Positions 1-11,020 of a DNA stretch of 64,000 bases are shown piece by piece; the stretch's first letter is position 1, and each line of letters begins with the position of its first letter. A model generated the notes under the pieces. That model was not told the DNA's origin. It did no database searches and was given only the letters and a program-made list of their open reading frames with translations. The position numbers were made by a program, and so were the translations under genes. Source of the DNA: the human T2T-CHM13v2.0 reference genome, Homo sapiens; NCBI RefSeq assembly GCF_009914755.1, contig NC_060941.1. One strand, 5' to 3'.

Positions 1-38
1 CAAGTGATTCTGATGCATGTTCAAGTTTGAGAACCACA
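1..38. mobile_element. MER5-type hAT-Charlie end fragment
   Basis: GTGATTCTGATGCA...AAGTTTGAGAACCAC terminal motif. Confidence 0.5.
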
Positions 39-290
39 ACTAGTTTCCCTTTCATAATAGTTACTACTTTGCAAGGAGTCGGATGGGGTTAAGGTAACAG
101 GTTGAGAAATTCATAATATCGTGCAGGCGGTCTTTTTATAAGTTGAGTGAGGACTGGATCAATGACTCTCAATGGGAAAGGCCAGGGGTTAGGGAGGAAC
201 CTCCTTGCATTTGGAAAATCTCGAGGAGGGGTTAATTTGCAAAAACAAGTTTTAAAGTTATAGTTTTGCTTCCTAGACCTGATTTTTAAA

Positions 291-425
291 AATTTATTAT
301 TTTTTTTAGAGACAGGGTCTTGTCACATTGCCCAGGCTGGTCTCGAACTCCTGGCTTTAAGTGATCCTTCCCCCTTGGCCTCTCAAAAGTGCTGGCATTA
401 CAGGCATGAGCCACGGTGCCCAGCC
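291..425 (-). mobile_element. Alu monomer (FLAM-like)
   Basis: T-rich tail, then AGACAGGGTCT...GAGCCACGGTGCCCAGCC; left arm only. Confidence 0.85.
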
Positions 426-1074
426 CTTAATTTATTTCGAAGGCTGGTGTAATATAAACATTAAAGGAAGGTGTAATACAAACTGCCATCCATTATTGAT
501 TGTTTTAGTGTCTACAAGGTTTGGATCCCACCTCCTGTCCAATTCTCATCCTCAAACACAAAAACAAAACCAAAAAAACAACTGTCTATCTACACACACA
601 CACACACCCTCGGCTGGCCTGAGAGGTAAAAGAAACATCCCATAGGACCTGCTGAAAGAGCTCCTGAGGCACGCTGGAGCCTTTCTTGTGTGCCATGCAC
701 TGTATCTGGCACTATAAAGAGGGTACAATAGCTAGTGGCTTCTGCAATCAAGCAGCTTACAAGAGAAAATTGAGAGGGGAGACATTTTTTCTGGTTGACA
801 GATGTCGAAAGCATGAAGGTGTGGGAGCTTTGATCAGAGACTTGGTTTTTCAGTTTTGCCAGATAATAGAACGCATGGGGTGAACTAATGGGAGAGGAGG
901 GTGAACAGATGGGCAAGGCTTGATTGCTGGGTTAGGAGGCACAGAAATGCACAGAGGACAAAGGACTACCAGTCCTTGGCAGTACTGTACTGCTCCATGG
1001 CCACTACCTGGGTCCAGGGCCACATTCAGATCTGAGGTTAGATAGTAAGAATTGCTAACATTTATCCAGCGACC

Positions 1075-1250
1075 ACATGTGCCAGTAATCAATCTAGGTG
1101 CTGTACATGTATTAACTGATTCTTCATAGGAACCCTATTAAAGAGTTATTTGATGAGGAGAGTCGGGCATTCACTGGAAATCGAACGTGCCCAAAGTCTC
1201 ACCCTAGACCGTGGTGGAGTCAGAATTTGAATCCTGGCCACTTGCTCCGA
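1075..1250 (-). mobile_element. MIR fragment
   Basis: CCCAAAGTCTCAC...GAGTCAGAATTTGAATCCTGG MIR-type motifs. Confidence 0.55.
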
Positions 1251-1457
1251 AGCCACCGACAATTCAGTGTGCTGTCCCCCGTGTCTGGGCTGGCTTGGTG
1301 GGCTGGGAATGGCGGGGGAATGGGACACTTATTTTGGCAGGTAAATGTGGTTCAGAAGAAAGCTCTTCGTCTTTCTCCAAGCCTGAGCAATCGTTTTGGC
1401 GCAGGCAGTCCAGAGTAGAGCGCTTTGTGAGCCAGCTACAGAAGTGCTGTAAGCCCC

Positions 1458-1476
1458 TTCCCACTAGATGGCAGCC
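1458..1476 (+). promoter_or_regulatory. CTCF motif at the 5' edge of the CpG island
   Basis: CCACTAGATGGCAGC (1461-1475) matches the CTCF core consensus; TGCTGTA just upstream resembles the upstream module. Confidence 0.7.
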
Positions 1477-1754
1477 CCTAAACCCACATACAAATCCTGG
1501 AACCTCCCTGGTCCCCATCTTCCAGGGCTGGGCTGCAGCTGAGGAACTGCGGGACGCACACCCGCCGGGCGTCCAGGGGGCGCCGCCCCATCCGGGGGTC
1601 GCGGGAAGCTCCTAGGCCGGGTGGGGGACGGAGGCGGACGGGGAGACGCTGCTCCCCCGACTCTCGGCGCCTGGGGGAGGAGCTGGCGCGGAGCAGCTCC
1701 ACCCGGGGCTCCCGGTTGGGGCCGGCCCTCACCGCCTGCCTCGCCGCGGCCGCC

Positions 1755-1785
1755 GGGAGGGGAGGGGAGAGGAGGGCAGGGAGGG
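1755..1785 (+). promoter_or_regulatory. Potential G-quadruplex in the promoter
   Basis: GGGAGGGGAGGGGAGAGGAGGGCAGGGAGGG: six G3+ runs with short loops. Confidence 0.55.
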
Positions 1786-1842
1786 CGGCGCGGGCGCGGT
1801 CCGGGGCCCCGAGGGCGGAGGCCGGCGGCAGGTGCGCGGCGT

Positions 1843-1865
1843 GGACTACAAGTCCCAGCATGCCC
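1843..1865 (+). promoter_or_regulatory. ZNF143 (SBS) / THAP11-HCF1 promoter motif
   Basis: GGACTACAAGTCCCAGCATGCCC matches the ACTACAnnTCCCAnnATGC consensus and lies just upstream of the likely TSS. Confidence 0.8.
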
Positions 1866-2109
1866 GGCCGCCCTGACCCAGCCCCCGCCGCCGCTTAAAG
1901 GCTCCGGGAGCCGCAGCCGTCGGGTCGCCGCGGCTTTCGCTTTGCTGCCGCGGCTGGGAGGGTGGAAGCGGCAGACTCAGCGGCCGGCTCTACCGGCGTC
2001 CCGGCTCGGGCAGCGCCGAGGGGCGCTCCTGGTCCAGCTCTCCTGGCTCGGGGGTTCCTTGCCGAGGCGCCCGCGCCCCGGGCTCCCAGCCTCGGCCGCC
2101 GCGGCCCCG

Positions 2110-2127
2110 ATGCCGAGGCATGGATAG
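2110..2127 (+). other. Upstream ORF (MPRHG*) overlapping the KSR1 start codon out of frame
   Basis: ATG CCG AGG CAT GGA TAG; ATG lies 10 nt upstream of the main ATG in a weak context (CCGATGC). Confidence 0.6.
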
Positions 2128-2350
2128 AGCAGCGCTGCGCGCGGCGGCGATGGGAGAGAAGAAGGAGGGCGGTGGCGGGGGGGATGCGGCGGCCGCGGAG
2201 GGAGGCGCAGGGGCCGCGGCCAGCCGGGCGCTGCAGCAGTGCGGGCAGCTCCAGAAGCTCATCGACATCTCCATCGGCAGCCTGCGCGGGCTGCGCACCA
2301 AGTGCGCTGTGTCCAACGACCTCACCCAGCAGGAGATACGGACCCTGGAG
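2120..2350 (+). CDS. KSR1: KSR1 coding exon 1 (77 codons, N-terminus and start of the CA1/CC-SAM region); CDS continues beyond the window
   Basis: Translation [77 protein letters not shown] is the KSR1 N-terminus. ATG is in a strong Kozak context (GGCATGG), followed by a consensus donor GAG|GTAAGT at 2350/2351 (phase 0). Confidence 0.97.
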
Positions 2351-4559
2351 GTAAGTGGGTCGGGGACCAGGCTGGGCTCGAGGAGCGGGCCCGGACACCT
2401 CCCTCCGGGCCCCAGTACTCCTGGCCGAGTTGCATCCTTGAGCCCGCGTCGCCCCCCTTGGAGGCTTCCCCTCCCTCCTGCACTCGCTGATGCGGCAGCC
2501 GGAGGACCCGGGACCAGCCCTCATCTTGGGCAGGATTTGTGGGGCGGGTGCGTCGTGGGAACTGGGATGGAGGCTCGAGGGGCCCGTGCGGGGTGGGCTG
2601 CGCGCGGACATCCCCTTTCCCCCCTTCTCCGCCCCCACCCCATTTCCAGTTTGCGGGGCCGCAGGACTCGTTGTCCCACCGAGTCACAAGCTGGACTTTT
2701 CCCCGTGTGACTGAGCCGAGCACCCGTGGGCCAGGGTGACGGAGGAGGTTCCCCTGAAGCGTGATCGCAGGCCTGCCGTCCCCTGTTCCCCTCACGCCCC
2801 AGACGCCGTCCTGTCCCTTCCTTTCCTCTCCTCTCAGGTCTTGTCTGCCGCCTTTTCAAAAAGTGTTGCTGAAACTGCATTTTTGTTATTCAGGCGTTTG
2901 GTGCTTTCCTTTCACGTTGCCACGGAGGCTCGCTGCTTAAAATGTATTAATAATTACCCGCTGACTCCCCCTGCTTCCCCCCAAAGATTGGATTTAGGCT
3001 TAGGAAGGATTATGCTGGGAAGCAAGCCTTTGGTGGGAAGATGAAACTGTTTAAAGGGTTCTGATGGAGACAGTCTGGAGTGTAAAGAAGAAATAAGATA
3101 TGCGGGCCTTCCTCTCTCAAATTATAGCTGGGGAAGTATCTGAAGGATTTGGAAAAACCAGCCCGAGGGTTGTTGGGGCACCCTGTCCATACACAAATGA
3201 GGGCAACTAGTGGATTCTGAATGTGATTTTGGCCAGGGACGGGGCGGTGAAACGTCAGACCAGTTAATAGCTGCCCCGTCTTGAAGAAGGAACCTCTCAC
3301 CATCTTGCCCTGCCACATCTGGCCTCCTGCAGGTCTGGGGATGTTTTGTTTTATTAGATCCTCAATTTCTCCTCCCCCAAACCCTCCCCCCGCCCCTTAT
3401 TGCTAATTGCCTCTGCCAGCTGTCATAAGGCCCTCTGTGATCGCGGTAATTATTACAAGACCAATCCTTCCTCCAGGCATGCCACAAAGCCGAATCCTTG
3501 TTTGATTCCAAATGCTCGGGGGTGACTCTCCCTCAGTTTTATTTTCTTAAAAGCTATAAAACCACAGGACATTGGAAGAATACAGTCAGTGCTGGGTATT
3601 ATTATTTTTTATTACAGTTGGCTAAAGCTGTACTGACCAAGGCTTTGCTTAAAAAACAAACAAAACCCCCTACAACTGGCCTTTCTGCATGCATGCTGCA
3701 GTTTTCCAAGTATTGAGAGAAACTGATTTTTTGAACACAGCTGAGTGTGTTTGCTCAGCAAAGTTCAGTTTTTAAGCTGACAACAATAGGGGGCCTGTGA
3801 GGCTCAGTTCCGGGAGGAGGGGTCGCTGTCTGGCAGAGTGTGCGTGGTTGGACTTCGGTGTTGCTGGGCTTGGAGAATGCTCTCTGTGTTGGCCTCTGTG
3901 GGATTGTCCCCACGTTGCTCTGAAGTGCTCCTGGCTTCCAGAGTGTGTATATAGGAGAACCACTTGCTGTGCATTCTCTGGAATGGCCTTTTGTCCTACC
4001 CTAACTTCCGGAGTCCCTCATTTTGATGGCAGTGTGGCGTTCATGACACCCCAGAGCATCCAGCTATTTAAGTGTTGGAGCTGGTTTATTCAGTGGCTTC
4101 CCTCCTGAGTGTTTGTTTAGACGATCATCCCTGGCAGCAGAGAACCCATCCAAAGGCCCACAGGGGATCTGCAGCTCCCTGTTCTTCCCACCGTGATGTG
4201 GATTCGGGTTCACTCCACTTCCTGAAAAGGCAGGGCCTGGGTTGTTTTGGGGGATGGGAATTTAGACCCCTGGAGTGAGTTCCATGGGGCTGCCACCAGC
4301 TAGTTTAGATGAGTCACTTCATCCCGGAGGCCTCAGCCTCCTCACCTGCAAAACAAGGAGGCTGGAGTGGATCTCTGAGGGCTCTGGAAGCTCGAAATTC
4401 TCTAGGTTAGAGAAGGAGACTTGGTTGGGTGAAATCAAATGTTTGTGATTGTTTTTATACTACCCTGGTTTAAGAATAACCCTCTTTAAGAATGGTTCTA
4501 AAATCCAGATTTACTGAACCCATAACATAGGGGTTAAGTTTATTAGAAGAATCTTTGCC

Positions 4560-4740
4560 ATAGGAGCAGCGTGGTGAATAGGAAGCCCCATGGCTTTCAT
4601 ACTGGGCCTGGGTTCTGTCTGTGTGACCTTAGGCAAGTCCCATGACTTCTGAATCTCAAGCTCTCCTGTCTGTAAAATAGGAACGAGACTGCTCACACCT
4701 GCAGCATTTTGTCTGTCAGTCCGTGCTGATACTACGAAAA
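4560..4740 (+). mobile_element. MIR fragment
   Basis: TGTGTGACCTTAGGCAAGTC...TCTGTAAAATAGG core. Confidence 0.65.
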
Positions 4741-5958
4741 GAGTCTGCCTGGCAGCTGCCCCTAGTGAGGGTCCAGTAGCATTTATGGCACAGGCCACCA
4801 CTAGGGAAACTTAACCCCTACTGGACCCTTGCTAGGGAAACTTAACCCCCTACTTTATGGGTTCAGTAAATCTGGATTTTAGGGAAAGGTACTTCTGCAG
4901 CTGCCTCTCATTTCATACAGGTGGGTGACACAAGCCAGGAAACAATCTCAGCAAGCTGGGTGGGACCGTCCACCGCCAGCAGCATGTGTTGGGGCCAGGC
5001 AGGCAAGTGGCAGTGTCCACTCCAGCGTTCTTTCCTGTTCTGTGGGCTCCCCACACACCAGGCCGTGGCCCCAGAGACTGTGCTTGCAACACTGGATTCC
5101 TGGCTTTTGAAGAAGGATCTGACCTGGAGGGCTTGGCCTGTGCAACTGCATCGGACTTATCTAGAATCTGAGGAGCCCCAGCTCACTCTGGCCTTCATTA
5201 AATAAACACTCAGTGGGAGAAGCAGCACGTGAAATGTCCGTGGAGGTCCCTGACCAGGGATGGGCTGCTGCTGCCTGAAATTGGGTTGTGATGGGGTGTA
5301 GTGGGTCAGCGTGTCTGGTTGTCCGGGGATAGCTTTTCTCTGTGTGGTGGTCCAGTTTGGATGGAAAAGGGTAGAAGGAGCTGAGACTTAACGTTTGCTG
5401 CCTGTGTGCCTAGCAGCGTGCCTGACTCTTCTCAAACTCACACACGTTCCTGGAGATCAGCAGTTTTCATCATACACATTTTCCCTCTCTAAATATAAAG
5501 GGAGGGAGGCACAATTTGAAACCAGGGTATTAATCTGTAAACAGAAGTTGTGAGGCTACTTCATCCTGGCAGGAGCTGGTGTTCTGTCTCCGCTAGACCC
5601 TCCTAGGGGTCTGAAAACTCCACCGAGGCAAACGGGAATGTTCTTATGCCCCAGTGTACTCACAGAGGGACACTTGGCCTGCCTAATAGCTGGGCCTGCA
5701 ACCTATGCCAGTAATAATTACCTTCATTCCTTTGAATCTGCCCAGCGCTGGGGAGACAAGGGTGTGTAGAAGCAGACACATGTTGCCTCATGGAGATTTA
5801 TGTTCCAGGGACATTGTGACTTGCCCTTTCCTGCCAGCCTACTAGTACTTTCCAGAGACAGGCTCTGCCATGCTGAGTCTCCCCACCTTGTGTTCTTGTG
5901 GAGAAAAATCCCTCCTAAGCAAGCTGGCGTGGAGAAAGGGGCTGAAGGACTTTGACCA

Positions 5959-6054
5959 TCAGGCTTTGCTGGGGGAGGTGATGTTGGCAACTGTGGTAGG
6001 TGCAGAGTCAGGCTGTGCTGGGAGGCGATGTTGGGAACTGTGGTAGGTACAGTC
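5959..6054. repeat. Diverged ~49-bp tandem duplication
   Basis: TCAGGCTTTGCTGGGGGAGGTGATGTTGGCAACTGTGGTAGGTGCAG followed by TCAGGCTGTGCTGGGAGGCGATGTTGGGAACTGTGGTAGGTACAG. Confidence 0.85.
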
Positions 6055-6527
6055 TCTGCCCTTGGGCTGCTTTCCTGAGCAGTTGCCCTGGAGCCGCAGG
6101 GGGTCAGAGGGGAGGCCCTCCTGCCATCTGGAAGGTCAGAGAGGCCTGGCCCTCACACAGCTCTGCCGTGGCAGAGGTCAGAGTCCCACCGTGTGGGGGA
6201 CCTGAGCTCTCCCTATGCCTCCCAGGAGCATCTGATGATGGAACTGCTGGGAGAGGGGAGGGGTGGCATTCCTGCAGATTGGGTCCTTAGGGTGTGTTGA
6301 GGCACGTTCCCTGGACAGACCTTTAGTTACTGTTGATGTGCTTACCTGGCTGGCAGCCACCTAGCAAGGGCTCTGAAGTAGGTGGGCTGTTCTCCCAGTC
6401 TTTGGGGTCTAGGGACAGTTCTAGTCTAGTGAAGGAGCCAGGCAGGGCACAGTAATGACTTTAGTAGCACAGCTTGCAGGACCCTGCATTGGGAACCCCA
6501 CTGAACCCTTGGCCCATCCAACCTCCT

Positions 6528-6846
6528 GGTTTTTTTGTTTTGTTTTGTTTTTTGTTTTTGTTTTTGTTTTTCTTTTAGTCAGAGTCCCACTCTGTCGCCC
6601 AGGCTGGAGTACAGTGGCATGATCTCGGATCACTGCAATCTCAGCCTCCCAGGTTCAAGCAATTCTCCTGCCTTAGCTTCTGAGTAGCTGGGATTACAGG
6701 CATGCCCCACTATGTCCAGCTAATTTTCGTGTTTTTAGTAGAGATAGGGTTTTGCCGTGTTGGCCAGGCTGGTCTCGAACTCCTGGCCTCAAGTGATCTA
6801 CCCACCTTGGCCTCCCAAAGTGCTGGGATTACAAGTGTGAGCCACC
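6528..6846 (-). mobile_element. Alu (S-type)
   Basis: Dimer with (TTTTG)n tail; ACCTCCTGGTTTT on both flanks. Confidence 0.93.
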
Positions 6847-8149
6847 TCCTGGTTTTCTGGGAAATATTCCCAGAGTCTTGGGGACTTCTCCCAAGTCACA
6901 GGTCCCTGGCAGAACTGAGACTGAAACCTGGTTTTGCTTTCCCACCCAGCCACTGTCTCAAAGTGTGGCGTTTCTCTGCTTCTGCTCTGTGGCCACAGTT
7001 GTAACCCTCTGGCCAAGTGGCTCCAGCCGTCTCTGAAGAGATACAGAGCTGGGGCTCTGGCCCTTTTTTGTGTCCACTTTCACCCGGGTAACTTTTTCCC
7101 TGGTGAAACCTACCTCCCAAATGTTTCTTAGAGGCAGCCTGGAGGGAGACCCGCAGTGGCTGTGAGCCTGGGGAGGGCTGGGTGGTGCTGGAGAGAGGTC
7201 TTATCAGATCTGGAGGTGTGGTTTGCTGCCTGCAGCTATGGGAATGCCTTCTTCCACGTCAGGGTTGTTTCCTCTTCTTGGAGTGGTCTGGGCTGCCTCA
7301 AAATCCAGGAAAGTGCGCCGCAGGTATTCTACTCCTGCCCGCTGGGTGTGTCTGGAGATGGACCATGCGGAGACGCTGGCCCACGGTGGCAGTGTCTGCA
7401 ATGCCGGGGAGAAGCAGCAAAGCCTGTGGCCAAGTCTCTCTAAGCTATGCCTTTTTAAAAGGCCATCCTTTCAGAAGAGGCTGGTTGAGATCTCTTTTTT
7501 ATGTTTAATTCAAAGGGAAAGCTGCATAGGTGCCTTTGGGGTTAGGGGAATGATCTTGGAGTAGAGAGGGCAGACACAGATGAAGAACGTGCTTGATCAC
7601 CTGTTCTATGTTGAGCACTCCACTAGGCTCTCGGCATATGTTGCACCTTAACATTCACAATGATGCTATGAGGCCTTATCCTGATGTTGCAGATGAGGGA
7701 ATTGCAGCTCAGAGGGATGGAGAGACTGTCTTAGCAGGTGGTTGAACCCAGGTTGACTGGTCTTGAGAACTTATGTTCAGAACTCCACAGCTGTTGCTGT
7801 GGCGGGGAGATTCTGTGCAGGGCCATGGTTGCTGAGACCAAGGAAATGGCCAATAATAAAAAGGGCTGGGCCGAGGGCATTCCGTGGCTCAACTCTAGAT
7901 GTTTGGGCTTCCTGGTGGCCACCCAGGCTGTGCAGCCTCAGGGTTCGGGCATGGGTCTGCTTCCCTAATGTCCAGGCTAGCACATCCTCAAAGACAGGAC
8001 TCTCAGCACCATGATGCAGCCCGCTCTACGCTTGTCTCATTCTGAGAAAGGAGAAGCTGCCTAGAGATCAGTTTACTCATAATTTTTTAAATGGCTACCT
8101 GTCTTATTCTTTCTGAACAGTTCCTCTGATAAACAGTGTATTCTTTAAC

Positions 8150-8570
8150 TTTCTACTTTTAATTAAAATATTTACAAAATACATAATGATATATGTTCAC
8201 TATAAAAAAGAAAGTACTAGATGTACAACAGTGAAAATCACCCATAATGCCACCTCTCAGAGTTAATTCCAGTGCACATTTTGTTGTATATTCTTCCTGC
8301 ATTTGCATATAAATGTACATGTGTATATTTGTGGCACATACCATGTGCATTGCCTTGTAAATGTCTTCTGTCTGTATCAGCACATATACATATGCATCAG
8401 CACTATTAGTGGCTGCATTGTGTGGTCATACCACAAATTCATCTAACCGGTTTCCCTGTGTGGGCCATTCAGGCTGTTTCCAAGTCTTGCTTTTATAAAT
8501 GGTGCTGCAACGAGTATCTTCCTACAAGTGAGATTTGCTGGGTCAAAGTATATGAATACATTTAATATCT
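8150..8570 (-). mobile_element. Old L1M fragment
   Basis: CATTCAGGCTGTTTCCAAG...ATAAATGGTGCTGCAA...ATTTGCTGGGTCAAAG, L1 ORF2/3' antisense motifs. Confidence 0.6.
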
Positions 8571-8702
8571 GTCCTCGTCTTTAATATCTTTATGGCATCA
8601 TAACTCCCCCTCTCCTAAGCAGGAATGGCAGCCTTCATACATTTATCCATTTGCCACTGCATCTGTAATCACACTGACGGCCAAGAGTTTAAAAGGAGGC
8701 TG

Positions 8703-8960
8703 GGCCTGGGTGCGGTGGCTCATGCCTGTAATCCCAGCACCTTGAGAGGCTGAGGCTGGTGGATAGCTTGAGTCTAGGAGTTCGAAACCAGCCTGGGCAA
8801 CATGGTAAACCCCGTCTCTACAAGAAATAGAAAATTAGCCATGCATGGTGGCACGCTCCTGTAGTTCTAGCTACTCAGGAGGCTGAGGTGGAGGTTGCAG
8901 TGACCTGAGATTGCATCATTGCACTCCAGCCTGGATGACAGAGAAAAAAAAAAAAAAAAA
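8703..8960 (+). mobile_element. Alu with internal right-arm deletion
   Basis: Alu dimer with poly-A tail; GGAGGCTGAGG joins directly to TGGAGGTTGCAG. Confidence 0.9.
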
Positions 8961-8982
8961 GAGGCTGGACATGGTCCTCTGG

Positions 8983-9096
8983 CTGAGATTCTGGGATAAG
9001 TGTCAGGAACTATGGCTTCTAGTTTTGTGGTTGCTTGTGTCTGAGGTTCTGGGCTATGTGTCAGGCATTGTGGCTTCTAGTTTTTGTGGTTACCTG
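8983..9096. repeat. Diverged 58-bp tandem duplication
   Basis: CTGAGATTCTGGGATAAGTGTCAGGAACTATGGCTTCTAGTTTTGTGGTT (8983) repeated as CTGAGGTTCTGGGCTATGTGTCAGGCATTGTGGCTTCTAGTTTTTGTGGTT (9041). Confidence 0.85.
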
Positions 9097-9934
9097 CAGC
9101 AAAGGGGGGCCCCCTGGGCTGACCAATTAGAAGAAGGCCTTTTCCTTGCTCCAAGATAGCGGAGGGAGGGGCTGGATTTCAGGTCTCCCTGTCCAGAGAC
9201 TGATCAGCTTTGGTAGTACATAATCATATGGTGAGGTCTTGATCACTTGAGGCTCATGAAAGTCACTTTAACTGCATTCTTGGTTGCATCCCTAACTACA
9301 AATACTGATCACAGTGCTATTTGGGGTGCCTGGCTTTGGGGATGATTTAGTAGAGTTGTGGGTTCCTAGGGCTACAAAGGGTCTTGGAATTTCCATGTGG
9401 TCCAGCCCTCTCATCTTGCAGGTGAGGAAACTGAAGGCCTGAGGGAGAACTGACTTGCCAGGAACCCCTGTTAAGCAGAATTAACAAAGGGTGGTTATTA
9501 AAGGAGCACTGAGTTGGGAGTCAGACCTGGAGGCCCACACCCTTGATTAAGACATTATACCACCTTGAGTCTGGCCTGTTGACTGAGGGTGAGCCACTCC
9601 ATCCTCCTCTGATTGTGGGGTGTTGACCTCAAGGGGTTTCCTGCAGGAAGAAGCAAATGGGTTTGCTTTCCTAGCTCTGTCCCAGTGCCTTAGGGGCCCT
9701 GAGGACTGGAGAGATTCTTGGAGCGCCATCTGGGGTATGTCACGGGTGGACCTTTTTTGAAGGTCAGTCTGCTCAGTGGGCTGGCTCAGCCCGAATGAAC
9801 TGTCTTGAATCTTTGGAGTTGTCTGTTTACTTTTAAGGGCTTCTCATCCTTGCACCAAAAGATCCCCTGGAAATTAGGTGGGAAATCCTTAACTTTTATG
9901 GGGCCTTGTGTTTGTCTTAAAAGTTCATGCGCAT

Positions 9935-10195
9935 GGCCAGGTGTGGTGGCTCACACCTGTAATCCTATCCTGGATCCCTTGAGTCAAGGAGTTTGAGACC
10001 AATGTGAACAACATAGTGAGACCCTGTCTCTACAAAAAATAAAATATTAGCCAGGGGTGGTTGTGCACACCTGTTGTCCCAGCTACTACAGTGGCTGAGG
10101 CTGGAGGAGCACTTGAGCCTGCACTGAGCTGTGATCTCACCAGTGTACTCCAGCCTGGGCCACAGAGCAAGAACTTGACTCAAAAAAAAAAAAAA
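9935..10195 (+). mobile_element. Alu (J-type)
   Basis: Diverged dimer with poly-A tail. Confidence 0.9.
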
Positions 10196-10315
10196 CCAGC
10201 AAGAAAAATCCTTGCAGATTTTGCATTCTGTGCCACTATCCATTGGTTTTCATGTCAAGATAATGTAAAAATTCTTTACAATTGCTTCCAGAAGGAGTAG
10301 CCTTTTAATCTAGTG

Positions 10316-10511
10316 CACAGGTGTCCAGTCTTTTGGCTTCTCAGGGCCACATTGGAAGAAGAATGCTCCTGGGCCACAGATAAAATACACTAATGCTAAC
10401 AATAGCTGATGAGCTTAAAAAAAAAAAAAAAGGTTTGTGCATAATTTTCATGATACCCACCACCACAGATAGGCGGAAAAGTCCTTGTAGTCAAAGGGTT
10501 GGACACGGCTG
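10316..10511 (+). mobile_element. MER30-family hAT MITE
   Basis: GGTGTCCAGTCTTTTGGCTTC...GGGCCACATTGGAAGAAG...GGTTGGACACGGCTG; perfect 8-bp TSD ATCTAGTG at 10308-10315 and 10512-10519. Confidence 0.85.
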
Positions 10512-10874
10512 ATCTAGTGTCTTGTCCGTTTTGGCTTTCTCCCTGATTCCAGAATGCAGGTAGAGATGTAGAGACGTGCTCTCAGGACAGCTGTTGAGAT
10601 AAAAAAATTTGTTGTCATTTATTCCCAGGCACAGCTGTTTGTCATTTGCATTGAAAAAGTCTCCATTCAAACTGCTGTCACATATAAAATCTATTTATGT
10701 AAGTCTGTATTTTTCTGTTGTCTTGGCCTTGGTGGGCAGTAGTGTGTTTTAACTGAGCAAACTGTCTTTCCAAATAATGAAGCTGAAGTCAGCCTACCTG
10801 CTTGCCATTTTTCTTCCCCTTCCATTTTTCTAATCTCCGGATAATTGTAAGAATGAATTAAGATTTGTGTTTAA

Positions 10875-11020
10875 GGCCGGGCACAGTGTCTTAGGCCTAT
10901 AATCCCAGCACTTTGGGAGGCAGAGACGGACGTATCGCTTGAGCTCAGGAGTTCCAGACCAGCCTGGGCGACATACTGAGACTCTGTCTTGTATAATTAA
11001 ATTAAAATTTAAAAAAAGAA
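10875..11020 (+). mobile_element. Alu monomer (FLAM-like)
   Basis: GGCCGGGCACAGTG... left arm with A-rich tail. Confidence 0.85.

Larger units (their letters stand above)
1540..2780. promoter_or_regulatory. CpG island / KSR1 promoter, 5' UTR and exon 1
   Basis: Very GC-rich with dense CpGs against a CpG-depleted background; GC boxes (GGGCGG); weak TATA-like CTTAAAG at about 1895. Confidence 0.93.

Noticed and set aside
2351-2710. ORF-track extension of KSR1 to 196 aa
   Set aside because: Read-through past a perfect GTAAGT donor; the peptide after ...IRTLE is not KSR1-like.
1478-2880. Long overlapping ORFs including the 247-aa antisense ORF at 1895-2638
   Set aside because: Stop-codon scarcity in a CpG island; low-complexity Arg/Pro/Gly/Ala content; many begin at non-ATG codons.
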